Positions 25,420 through 33,720 of a stretch of 64,000 nucleotides of DNA are shown piece by piece. The position numbers and the translations under genes were made by a program. The notes beneath the pieces are model-generated. The model saw only the letters and a program-made list of their open reading frames with translations, was not told where the DNA came from and did no database searches. Source of the stretch: a virus (taxonomy: Duplodnaviria; Caudoviricetes); IMG/VR virus record IMGVR_UViG_3300046475_000120, positions 1,183 to 65,182 of that record; one strand, written 5' to 3'. Within the stretch, counting starts at the first letter, position 1, and every line of letters starts with the position of its first letter.

Positions 25420-26454
25420 ATGAAGACTGCAGCAGGCACACTTGCGGCTCCTTTCCCTTACTTTGGCGGCAAAAGCGGCGCGTGCGAACTGGCATGGTCG
25501 CTAATGGGTAACCCGGCAAACTATGTCGAGGCGTTCGCCGGAAGCGCCGCAATGCTACTGGGGCGCCCGCATGATCCGGGCATCGAAACGATCAACGATT
25601 TCGACGGCTTCGTGGCCAACTTCTGGCGCGCGATTGTCGCTGACCCGAACGGCGTCGCCGAACATGCCGACTGGCCGTGCAACGAGATTGATCTGTTCGC
25701 CCGCCATTCATGGCTAGTTCGCCAAAAGGATACGCTGGTCGACGCTCTGCACGATCCCGACTACTTCGACGCCAAGATCGCCGGCTGGTGGTGCTGGGGC
25801 GCGTGCAACTGGATCGGATCTGGCTGGTGCGGGGGCGCGGGGCCGTGGGTTTGGGATGGTAAGCGCATCGTTGACCGTCGAAAACTTCCGCACCTCGGCG
25901 ATGCCGGGAAAGGTATAAATCGACAACTTCCGCACCTCGGCGATGCCGGGAAAGGTATAAATCGACAACTTCCGCACCTCGGAAATGCCGGGCAAGGTCG
26001 CGGCGAACTAATCGCCACATGGTTCAACAGCTTGCACGCCCGCATGCGCAACGTCCGTGTAGCTTGCGGCGACTGGTCGCGCGTGCTGAAAGATTCGGTC
26101 ACGACGCGCCACGGCATGACTGGTGTTTTCCTCGATCCTCCGTATGACAAGGGCGCGATGGACTACGGCAATGGCGGCATGGGGCTGGGCATATCGGCGC
26201 AAGTGCGCGCTTGGTGCGCTGCCAATGGCAACGACCCGCTGCTGCGCATTGTCCTGTGCGGCCACGCTGGCGAACACGACGACCTTCTTACCATCGGCTG
26301 GACCGAACACAAGTGGGCAGCGCGCAAAGGCTACGCGCTGACCGACGAAGCACTCGGCAACTCTGCATCAGAAACCGTTTGGGCCAGCCCACACTGCGCC
26401 GCCCAGATCAAGCCGCAATTCGACCTGTTTGCAGAAACCGTAACCGCAGCATAG
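25420..26454 (+). CDS. Dam-like (D12 class) amino-methyltransferase with an internal tandem repeat
   Basis: PFPYFGGKS, YVEAFAGSA, ETIND, FLDPPY. Confidence 0.9.
   Translation: MKTAAGTLAAPFPYFGGKSGACELAWSLMGNPANYVEAFAGSAAMLLGRPHDPGIETINDFDGFVANFWRAIVADPNGVAEHADWPCNEIDLFARHSWLVRQKDTLVDALHDPDYFDAKIAGWWCWGACNWIGSGWCGGAGPWVWDGKRIVDRRKLPHLGDAGKGINRQLPHLGDAGKGINRQLPHLGNAGQGRGELIATWFNSLHARMRNVRVACGDWSRVLKDSVTTRHGMTGVFLDPPYDKGAMDYGNGGMGLGISAQVRAWCAANGNDPLLRIVLCGHAGEHDDLLTIGWTEHKWAARKGYALTDEALGNSASETVWASPHCAAQIKPQFDLFAETVTAA
25885..25998 (+). repeat. 42-bp in-frame tandem repeat (LPHLGDAGKGINRQ), two exact copies plus one partial divergent copy
   Basis: CTTCCGCACCTCGGCGATGCCGGGAAAGGTATAAATCGACAA at 25885 and 25927; partial copy at 25969. 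Confidence 0.95.
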
Positions 26455-26505
26455 ACCCCTTCCGCCAGGAACTGGCGGATATACAAAACCACCCCCGGAG
26501 ACACC

Positions 26506-26814
26506 ATGAAAGAAAAAATCAACCTGACCGCCCCGGGATACACTCCGGCCCGCCTGATTAACGCCGTAGGAGTGGCCCTCGATGCAAAATCGGACAACCA
26601 CCTCGGCTACCTGCTCGGCTTCGATAATGGCGCCCTGTCGCGGATCCGCAACCGCAAGAGCGCGCTTCCCGACAGCCTACTTGTCATCATCATGGACGCC
26701 ACCGGCTGGCCGATCGATAAATTGCGCGAGCTGGCCGGCATGAAGGCGCCGACGCCGCGGCTGCCCCTGAAATCGAACCTGGTGGGGTTTTCCGAAAACC
26801 GGAGAGCGGCATGA
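26506..26814 (+). CDS. Small HTH regulator, paralogue of 14097-14390
   Basis: RLINAV..LDAKSDNHLGYLLGFDNGALSRIRNRKSALP..IMDATGWPIDKLREL aligns with the first copy. Confidence 0.75.
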   Translation: MKEKINLTAPGYTPARLINAVGVALDAKSDNHLGYLLGFDNGALSRIRNRKSALPDSLLVIIMDATGWPIDKLRELAGMKAPTPRLPLKSNLVGFSENRRAA

Positions 26815-27188
26815 GAACGGCCAACCGCAACCGCACCGAATACAGTTTTTCGACGCCGACCGCGCTGGCGCACATCGAGTACCTGCTGACCTACCTGCAG
26901 GCGAACCCTGGCAAGGCGGCGAGCGTGATTGGGCCGGCCTGCCGGATGACGCACCCGACTGCCTGCACCTACCTGGCACACCTGGCGCAGACGCAGCGCG
27001 CGCACTCTCTGGCGCCACCAAAAGGCAAGGGCTTGCGCTGGTACGCCGGGCCCAACGTTGCCGCCCAGCCGGCCCGCAAGAAGATCGCGGGCGAGCGCAT
27101 CGTCAACATCGTGCGCGCCAGCGACTGCCGCATGCCGAAGGTGTCGAACGATCCGCTGATGTCCGGGCTGTTCGGTGGCCGCCGGTGA
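26811..27188 (+). CDS. Winged-HTH protein
   Basis: LLTYLQANPGK.ASVIGPACRMTHPTACTYLAHL. Confidence 0.65.
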   Translation: MRTANRNRTEYSFSTPTALAHIEYLLTYLQANPGKAASVIGPACRMTHPTACTYLAHLAQTQRAHSLAPPKGKGLRWYAGPNVAAQPARKKIAGERIVNIVRASDCRMPKVSNDPLMSGLFGGRR

Positions 27189-27227
27189 GGTTATTGCGCC
27201 GGTGGTTCAGAAATAAAAATATTCGTG

Positions 27228-27257
27228 TTGACCGATCTCATCAGTCGGTCTCATAAT
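27228..27257 (+). promoter_or_regulatory. Sigma70 promoter with a palindromic operator in the spacer
   Basis: TTGACC-18-CATAAT with an upstream A-tract; GACCGA(27230-35)-N9-TCGGTC(27245-50). Confidence 0.7.
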
Positions 27258-27312
27258 TGGTACATCGGGCTTGTAATCCGATTCCACAAGTGGGCGGCAA
27301 AATGATTCAATC

Positions 27313-27410
27313 CAAAGCATTTTCAGAAGCGACATGGGCTTGCGCCTGTGCCTCCACTCGGACGTTCGCCCTGGCGGCCTTACTCCCCGCCTTCTTCTGA
27401 AAGTGCTTTG
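27313..27410 (+). promoter_or_regulatory. Long leader stem occluding the start of the replication operon
   Basis: CAAAGCATTTTCAGAAG (27313-27329) pairs with CTTCTGAAAGTGCTTTG (27394-27410): 17 bp, one GU, ending on the G of the GTG start. Confidence 0.7.
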
Positions 27411-27643
27411 TGAAAATCACCTATCAAGTGGCAGGGCCTGACCACGCCGGACGCTTTCTGGTCTTCTACGAGGTCGCCGGCCAGCGCACGGTCGTTACCG
27501 ACTGCGCCACCTATAACCAAGCACAAGGCGCCGCGAAGCGGCTTAACGACGAGGCCCGCGCGCGCAAGCGCAAGGCCACGCAGGAGCACGAGCGCGCCGA
27601 GTTTTATCGAATCCGTTTCAAAAATGACCGCGGCGGACGCTAA
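27410..27643 (+). CDS. Hypothetical protein (77 aa)
   Basis: GTG start; stop overlaps the initiator ATG (TAATG). Confidence 0.65.
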   Translation: MKITYQVAGPDHAGRFLVFYEVAGQRTVVTDCATYNQAQGAAKRLNDEARARKRKATQEHERAEFYRIRFKNDRGGR

Positions 27644-28752
27644 TGCACTTCTACCCTTTCCACATCGGGGATTTCCGATCAGGCACCATCAACATGACGC
27701 GGCAAGAGCGTTGGATCTATCGGGACATGATGGATTCGTACTATGACGATGAGAAGCCTCTTTCGGATGACCTGGACGTGCTTTGCGAAAAGCTTGGCGT
27801 GCGCGACGATATCGAGCGTGCGATCGTGCAGCGCCATTTGAGGTTCAAGTTCATCAAAGCGGACGATGGCTACCATCACGAAATCTGTGACAGGGTCATT
27901 GCGGAGTATCACGCGAAGTCGGTGACTGCGAAAGCAAACGGTAAGAAAAGCGCCGCGACTCGTTACCAGAACGGCGAATATATGCCTAACCCGGGAGTTC
28001 TGTACGCTGTTCGTGTCGGCCCTTCGCTGGTCAAGGTAGGCGTCTCTGCGAATATCAAGAGCAGGCTGCACCAGTTGCGCAACAAATACGGGGCGCAGGC
28101 ATATCTGGCGCACCAGGTTATGGTTTCCAAGATGGGTGATGCAGAAGCTGATCTTCTGGCGGCCTATGAGACTTCACGCAGCGGCGAGGAAATTCCAGTC
28201 GATGCAGAAGCGGAACCTTCGCTAGTCGCCTGCATGGACCGCATCGCGGTCGCATACAAGGTCGCATCTGGTCGCATGGCGGTCGCATCATCGTCGCCTA
28301 CTAACCAAGAACCAATAACCAATAACCAAAAAGATCAAACCCACTGTCCACCGTCGGCAGCCGCCGCCGACGAACGGCGCGGGACGAAGATCGAGCCTAT
28401 TGCTGGCGTACTTGATCTTGAACTACCTGTCGAGCGGGTGGCAAAACCGCGAGGTGATGCCGGCGTTGCGGTTCGGGCGGTGTTCACCTACTGGCAGGGT
28501 GTTATGGGAACGCAAGCGCATAAGCTGGAAGGGAAGCGGGAGCGGGCAATAAAGGGCCGGCTAAAAGATGGATATACCATCGAAGATCTTTGCGATGCTG
28601 TCGATGGGTGCAAATCATCACCGCATCACATGGGGCAGAACGACCGTAATACGGTCTACAACGATATTGAACTGATATGCCGTGATGGCCCGCATGTCGA
28701 TAATTTCCGTAATCGCGTTACAAAAACAAAACCTACAAAGGACTGGCAATGA
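27643..28752 (+). CDS. Replication initiator: DUF1376/YdaU N-terminus + inserted T5orf172/GIY-YIG-like domain + replisome-organiser C-terminus
   Basis: MHFYPFHIGDF..YRDMMDSYY; GVLYAVRVG..VKVGVS.NIKSRL; AIKGRLKDGYT.EDL. Confidence 0.85.
   Translation: MHFYPFHIGDFRSGTINMTRQERWIYRDMMDSYYDDEKPLSDDLDVLCEKLGVRDDIERAIVQRHLRFKFIKADDGYHHEICDRVIAEYHAKSVTAKANGKKSAATRYQNGEYMPNPGVLYAVRVGPSLVKVGVSANIKSRLHQLRNKYGAQAYLAHQVMVSKMGDAEADLLAAYETSRSGEEIPVDAEAEPSLVACMDRIAVAYKVASGRMAVASSSPTNQEPITNNQKDQTHCPPSAAAADERRGTKIEPIAGVLDLELPVERVAKPRGDAGVAVRAVFTYWQGVMGTQAHKLEGKRERAIKGRLKDGYTIEDLCDAVDGCKSSPHHMGQNDRNTVYNDIELICRDGPHVDNFRNRVTKTKPTKDWQ
28248..28340 (+). repeat. Iteron array and A-rich tract: putative replication origin
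   Basis: GGTCGCAT at 28248, 28260, 28270 and 28281, followed by AACCAA(G/T)A repeats. Confidence 0.75.
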
Positions 28753-29189
28753 ATATCGCTACCAATGCAGAGCCAATCATGGCTGCCCGCATGGCCGGTA
28801 AGAAGCCTGCCGATATGGTCATCGTGTCGCTGGTCGGCCCGGTCGTTACCGAAAACCCGATCGTCTTTGCCAAGGCCGAGGAAAAGTACGACTGGCGCTG
28901 GGTACGCGACCTGGATGTGTGCGTGCATATCAACGGTGAGGTGGACTGGCAGGAACTGCTGATGGCGATCGCACTGCAGCATCCGTCGTACTTGAGCCTC
29001 TGGGATGCTGGCGCGCAGTGGGGCGCTAGGGTGTACCTGATCCCGCGCGCCTCCGACATCGGCAAGCCGGTCAAGGCATGGAAATTTGAGATCGACTTTT
29101 CGCTGTGGCACGACTTCCAGAACGCCGACTTCATCGCCGGCCGCACCTATCAACGCGACAACAACGGGATGCCATATGCACTTGGTTAA
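28749..29189 (+). CDS. Hypothetical protein between initiator and helicase
   Basis: Coupled at both ends. Confidence 0.7.
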   Translation: MNIATNAEPIMAARMAGKKPADMVIVSLVGPVVTENPIVFAKAEEKYDWRWVRDLDVCVHINGEVDWQELLMAIALQHPSYLSLWDAGAQWGARVYLIPRASDIGKPVKAWKFEIDFSLWHDFQNADFIAGRTYQRDNNGMPYALG

Positions 29190-30117
29190 AGACACGATCG
29201 ACTTCAGTCAGTACATGAAGGAGCAGGAGTCGCACAATGTGCGACCGGCCTCCGACTGGCTGAAAGACACCATCGAAATGTTCTATCCGACCGGCACCAC
29301 GCCGCGCTCGCCGACGATGCTGTGGGAAAAGGCGAAGGGGAAGATGGCATTTCGCCCTGGTGAGGTAACGCTGTGGGCGGGTATCAACGGCCACGGCAAG
29401 TCGATGTTCAACTCGCAGGTGATGCTGGACCTGTGCTACCAGGCCGAGCGCGTGATGATCGCCAGCTTCGAAATGAAGCCGGCGCGCACTATGCACCGCA
29501 TGACGCGTCAGGTATGGGGCGCACGCGAGCCGACCGAGGAGGAAATCCGCGTGTTCCACCAGTGGACGGACGGGCGTCTGTGGATGTATGACCATGTCGG
29601 CGCCATTGAGTGGCGCAAGCTGCTGGCGGTGCTGCGCTACTGCGTCAAGGAATTTGGAATTACCCATTTCGTTATTGATAGCCTGATGAAATGCGTCAAG
29701 GGCGACGACGATTACAACGGCCAGAAGGATTTCGTCGGCGAACTATGCGCGTTTGCCATGCACCACCAGGTGCATGTTCACCTTGTCCATCACGTTCGCA
29801 AAGGTGAGAGCGAAAACAAGTCGCCTGGCAAGATGGACATCAAGGGCGCCGGCGCGATCACCGACCAAGTCGATAACGTGGCCATCGTCTGGAAGAACAA
29901 AGATGCGTTCGAAAAGAATGATGGCGATCCGACATGCATCTTAGCGATCGAGAAGCAGCGCAACGGCGAGTTTGAAGGCAAGCTCGGATTCTGGTTCGAC
30001 ATTGACTCCTACCAGTACCTTGAATCCTACGGTGGGAATCCCGCGATGTACGGAATCAGCGCAGCATATCCGGGTGGAATCAAGGGCTATTCGCAACAGG
30101 TTCGATATCATGAATAA
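29176..30117 (+). CDS. DnaB/T7-gp4-like SF4 replicative helicase (no primase domain)
   Basis: Walker A GINGHGKS, FVIDSL, HLVHHVRK, KQRNG. Confidence 0.9.
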   Translation: MHLVKDTIDFSQYMKEQESHNVRPASDWLKDTIEMFYPTGTTPRSPTMLWEKAKGKMAFRPGEVTLWAGINGHGKSMFNSQVMLDLCYQAERVMIASFEMKPARTMHRMTRQVWGAREPTEEEIRVFHQWTDGRLWMYDHVGAIEWRKLLAVLRYCVKEFGITHFVIDSLMKCVKGDDDYNGQKDFVGELCAFAMHHQVHVHLVHHVRKGESENKSPGKMDIKGAGAITDQVDNVAIVWKNKDAFEKNDGDPTCILAIEKQRNGEFEGKLGFWFDIDSYQYLESYGGNPAMYGISAAYPGGIKGYSQQVRYHE

Positions 30118-30123
30118 AATGTG

Positions 30124-30153
30124 TTGACAATTATTTAGCCGCTGGCAGATAAT
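30124..30153 (+). promoter_or_regulatory. Strong sigma70 promoter of the accessory early operon
   Basis: TTGACA-18-GATAAT with an AT-rich UP region. Confidence 0.75.
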
Positions 30154-30186
30154 AAGAACTCAATAAAACAAACGATGGAGGCTGCG

Positions 30187-30273
30187 ATGGAAACCAAGTT
30201 TTCGCGGATGGTCAACTGGCTGGCGCTGGCGGGCTGCTTCCTGCTGGTGCTGGCGATGGAGGTGCCGCAATGA
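30187..30273 (+). CDS. 28-aa TM peptide
   Basis: GGAGG RBS; WLALAGCFLLVLAM. Confidence 0.55.
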   Translation: METKFSRMVNWLALAGCFLLVLAMEVPQ

Positions 30274-30428
30274 TGGCGCTGGCGCAGATGGTATCGCTGC
30301 TGCTGGGAGCGATGACGGTGCCGGTCCAGGAAAAAGTAGCGGCGCCGGCGCGCACGGTGGCCGAGCTGCCGCCGGTGATCGAGGATGACGCCTGCGTGGG
30401 CGGCGATGTGGAGGCTAAAAATGGATAA
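30270..30428 (+). CDS. 52-aa peptide with a hydrophobic N-terminus
   Basis: GGAGG RBS, ATGA coupling. Confidence 0.5.
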   Translation: MMALAQMVSLLLGAMTVPVQEKVAAPARTVAELPPVIEDDACVGGDVEAKNG

Positions 30429-30597
30429 GATCATCCGCACCCTGCGCCGCGCCGCGCTGGCGATCCGCATCGACCACTACCAGCGCCAGCTCGACGGCAT
30501 TGCCATGCAGCGCGCCAACGACAACGCCGCGGCAGAATTCATCCAGGCGCGCCTCGAGCGGGCCAGGCACTGCGCGAAAGCGCTGGCGCAGCCATGA
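30421..30597 (+). CDS. Hypothetical protein (58 aa)
   Basis: GGAGG RBS, high GC3. Confidence 0.6.
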   Translation: MDKIIRTLRRAALAIRIDHYQRQLDGIAMQRANDNAAAEFIQARLERARHCAKALAQP

Positions 30598-30806
30598 ACG
30601 CCGCCATGCTCGAGCGCAGCGCGCAGTCGATCGAAGAACTGCTGCTGATCGTCGCGCAGCAAAAGCGCGAGATCGAGGCGCTAAATGCCATGCTCGATTG
30701 CGAGCGATCGCTGCGCAAGACCAGCAACGCGCGCCTGATCGCCGCCGGCCGCGTCTACCTGGCAAAGGCGGCCGAGCTCGATACCATCATCGCGGCTGCC
30801 GCATGA
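30594..30806 (+). CDS. Coiled-coil hypothetical protein (70 aa)
   Basis: ATGA coupling. Confidence 0.6.
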   Translation: MNAAMLERSAQSIEELLLIVAQQKREIEALNAMLDCERSLRKTSNARLIAAGRVYLAKAAELDTIIAAAA

Positions 30807-30874
30807 ACCCCGCGCGCGCTGAAATGACCTTTTACCTGGTGCTGCTGATCGCACTGGCCTGGATGTGGCTGTAA
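30803..30874 (+). CDS. 23-aa TM peptide
   Basis: MNPARAEMTFYLVLLIALAWMWL; ATGA coupling. Confidence 0.45.
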   Translation: MNPARAEMTFYLVLLIALAWMWL

Positions 30875-30893
30875 ATCTAAAAACGGAGAGAAC

Positions 30894-32054
30894 ATGAACG
30901 ATAGTGTGTTGGAAATAATGCGCGCGGCCGCGCTCGCAGATGGTGATGCCGATGTCGTCGAACTGATCGCCGCATACCGCGCGCTTGCCGCTTGTGCTGC
31001 GCCAGGTGTGCCAGGTGTGCAGAAATTGGCGCCGGAGCGGATTGTCGAGATCCACGGCGAATGGGCGCGCATATCGAATAACAGGCTCAAGCTGTGCACC
31101 ATGATTCAAGATGCAGTGCTTGGCCTCGCCGCTCCAGCCTCCCCCGAAGGGGATCAGCAGCAGGCAGGGGGTGCGGTGCGGGTAGACCGGGATAGCGCAT
31201 CGGACGAGACGGTGAGAATGCTGCAAATGCACGGCCGACATTCCGGCGATTCCCCGCTCGCGGTGCCAGTACAAGCCGACCGGGGCGAGCCACAAGGCTG
31301 GCGCGAGAAGGTGCGCAACATCGCAAATTGGCTTGATGGCGCAACCAACACAGTGCAGACCGGGCCGGATGATTACGGGTACGCAAGCCAGTTCGATCAC
31401 GATTTGGCGCAGGCCGCTGCGGAACTTGGTGCAATTGCCGATGCTCCTGCTCCCCTGCCGCTACCAGTAGGGCCGAGCGAGCAGCCGAGCTTCCTGCGGC
31501 CTACAAAGTGGACGTTACTGATGACCGGCGACAACCATGGGCTGGCTGCGGAATTTGGCTGCAAGTTCGAACATAGTCCCGCACACTACGAGCGAGTGGA
31601 TGTCGTCTCGATTGGCTCGCTTGCCGCTGCTCCTGTTGCCCCACCAGCCAGCCCGAACACTGCGCTGTGGATTCTCACGCACAACGGAAAACAAGTAACG
31701 GGCCAGCAGTTGAAGGATGTGTTCCTCGCCGCTGATACGCTGCGCACCGAGGCCGAGCAATTGCTGGCGGCTGAACGCCTAATGGCTGCAATCGACGCCG
31801 AATTGGCCGAGGAAGCTGCAACTGCCCCACCAGTAGCGCCAAGCCCCGATATCGCGTCGATGGTCAATCGTTTTCTTGGCTGGAAGCTGCCGACGAATTT
31901 CCAGCCTGATGCAGGAATATCATTCGTGCAGCCTCGATTCCCTAACTCGTGGCCTATCGGTACAAACCTGATGTCAGCAGATCAAGCAAAGGCTATGTTC
32001 GAATACTGCCTCGCCCTTCCAGGCTCTACCCCCACAACCCAAGGAGATTCGTGA
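30894..32054 (+). CDS. Modular hypothetical protein (386 aa)
   Basis: GGAG RBS; Ala/Pro linkers between modules; C-terminal MVNRFLGWKLP.NF.PD.GISF module. Confidence 0.7.
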   Translation: MNDSVLEIMRAAALADGDADVVELIAAYRALAACAAPGVPGVQKLAPERIVEIHGEWARISNNRLKLCTMIQDAVLGLAAPASPEGDQQQAGGAVRVDRDSASDETVRMLQMHGRHSGDSPLAVPVQADRGEPQGWREKVRNIANWLDGATNTVQTGPDDYGYASQFDHDLAQAAAELGAIADAPAPLPLPVGPSEQPSFLRPTKWTLLMTGDNHGLAAEFGCKFEHSPAHYERVDVVSIGSLAAAPVAPPASPNTALWILTHNGKQVTGQQLKDVFLAADTLRTEAEQLLAAERLMAAIDAELAEEAATAPPVAPSPDIASMVNRFLGWKLPTNFQPDAGISFVQPRFPNSWPIGTNLMSADQAKAMFEYCLALPGSTPTTQGDS

Positions 32055-32290
32055 TGAGCTTTCCGGCCTATGGAACAGCGCCGATTCGCTGCGACAAGCG
32101 GAAATGCGGATGGCGCGGCTATGAGACCGAGCGCGCATCGGTGCAGCACCCGACGATCAAATGCGCGACGCAAAGCGCATGCCCTTTGTGCAAGTCCACC
32201 AACTACTACTTCATGACCGCGAAGGAAATCGCCGCATGGAAGCCGGTCGCCCCTCTCGCTGCTAATCCCTCCACAGGAGCAGGGCAATGA
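32054..32290 (+). CDS. Zn-ribbon protein
   Basis: RCDKRKCGWRG..CPLCKS. Confidence 0.65.
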   Translation: MSFPAYGTAPIRCDKRKCGWRGYETERASVQHPTIKCATQSACPLCKSTNYYFMTAKEIAAWKPVAPLAANPSTGAGQ

Positions 32291-32667
32291 GCGCCGACGA
32301 ATTCTACTTGCAGGACAGCCGCGATTACGTCGGCAATGACATGCTGTTCTGGGCTGTTGATGGCAACGGCTATGTTACCGACATGCGCAAGGCCCACGTT
32401 TACACAAAGGCCGAGGCCGTCGCGCAACACCGGGTGCGTAACAGCGATATTCCGTGGCCGAAGGAATACATCGACGCCCGCACACGGCCGGCTGTCGACA
32501 TGCAGTACGTGAAGCGCGACGAGGCGCTGGCCGGTACCGGGATCGAACTGATCGTGCCGAAAAAGCCGCGGCCGGAAGTCGCCAGTTGCGGCGGCTGCGG
32601 CAAGTTCATCAAGGCCATCGAAATCTACGGCGACTGCCCGCACTGCGGCGCCGACAACCGACCATAA
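32287..32667 (+). CDS. Hypothetical protein with a C-terminal Zn ribbon
   Basis: FYLQDSR.YVGN.MLFW..GY.TD..KAH; CGGCG..CPHCG. Confidence 0.75.
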   Translation: MSADEFYLQDSRDYVGNDMLFWAVDGNGYVTDMRKAHVYTKAEAVAQHRVRNSDIPWPKEYIDARTRPAVDMQYVKRDEALAGTGIELIVPKKPRPEVASCGGCGKFIKAIEIYGDCPHCGADNRP

Positions 32668-32676
32668 GGATAATTC

Positions 32677-33720
32677 ATGTCTACCCCTACCCCCGCCATT
32701 AAGGCCACCGCAGACCGGCAACTGCGCGAGAAATTCGAGCAGTTGCAGTCAGCAAAGCACGCGCCGAAAATCGCGGCTGGCCTTCAACTTAAAAACGCCG
32801 ATGGCAGCTTCCAGGTATCGAGCATCGAAATGCGATTCCGCGCGTGGGCGGACGGCTACCGCGCTGCTCTCGCCCCTGCCGCTATTCAGGCAGCAGTACC
32901 AGCACAGCCGACCCAGCCGCAGCCTGATGCCACAGGCTGCGAGCGAATCCACCCGCCCGAATTGCCGAAGTTCATGCCAGATTTTCCGTTCGCCTCGATG
33001 CAAGATTGCTGGGATCACGCCGTGTTGACTGGATGGCGTGCCGCCCAGCCGCAGCAGGTTGAGGTCGCCCCGGCAGCACCAGTAGCGCCCGATCTGGCGA
33101 GCCTGTTGCAAGAGTTGCGCGAAGAGTACCAGACCGTCATCGACAGTGCTTACTGTCAAGCGGATGCGAATGAGGATTTGCTGGCTCGCGTTGCTGCCGC
33201 TCTCGCCCATCCAGTAGCCCAAGCCCCGGTTAGCGACTTGCAGGGGCAACTGAACGCGATGCGCTCGGCATTCCACCAGAACATGCTGCGCGCTTTTCCC
33301 GATAAATCGCACGAGGAAATAGCGGCTGAAATTGATCGCGCAGTACCCCAAGCCCCGGTCGAGCCACAACTTGACCCGGTAGCCGAGACGCTGATGCGTG
33401 CAGGTGAATCTCAAGATGATGCGATCCGCATGGCTGCGGCGGGGCGCGCAACTTTGGTCGAGCCGGTGAGCGAGGACAAGCGCGATGCAGAGCGGTTGCG
33501 GCCTGCCGACGAATATCACGAGGACTATCACGACGTTCTATGGTTCGCCTTCCCGAGCTTTTGCGAGCCGCCACAGTGCTACGTCGGCTCGCCACTGGAA
33601 GTATCGCCGGAATTTGACAGCGATCACTGGACGCACTTCATTCGCCTGGACTTCAACGACATCATCGGGCAAGCCGAGCGCCTCGCCGCTACCCCATCCA
33701 CTACGAAGGAATCGACATGA
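32677..33720 (+). CDS. Modular hypothetical protein (347 aa)
   Basis: Long ORF with PVAP linkers. Confidence 0.65.
   Translation: MSTPTPAIKATADRQLREKFEQLQSAKHAPKIAAGLQLKNADGSFQVSSIEMRFRAWADGYRAALAPAAIQAAVPAQPTQPQPDATGCERIHPPELPKFMPDFPFASMQDCWDHAVLTGWRAAQPQQVEVAPAAPVAPDLASLLQELREEYQTVIDSAYCQADANEDLLARVAAALAHPVAQAPVSDLQGQLNAMRSAFHQNMLRAFPDKSHEEIAAEIDRAVPQAPVEPQLDPVAETLMRAGESQDDAIRMAAAGRATLVEPVSEDKRDAERLRPADEYHEDYHDVLWFAFPSFCEPPQCYVGSPLEVSPEFDSDHWTHFIRLDFNDIIGQAERLAATPSTTKEST

Noticed and set aside
25885-25998. 42-bp repeats as a CRISPR array
   Set aside because: The repeats are contiguous without spacers, in-frame within a CDS, and there are no cas genes
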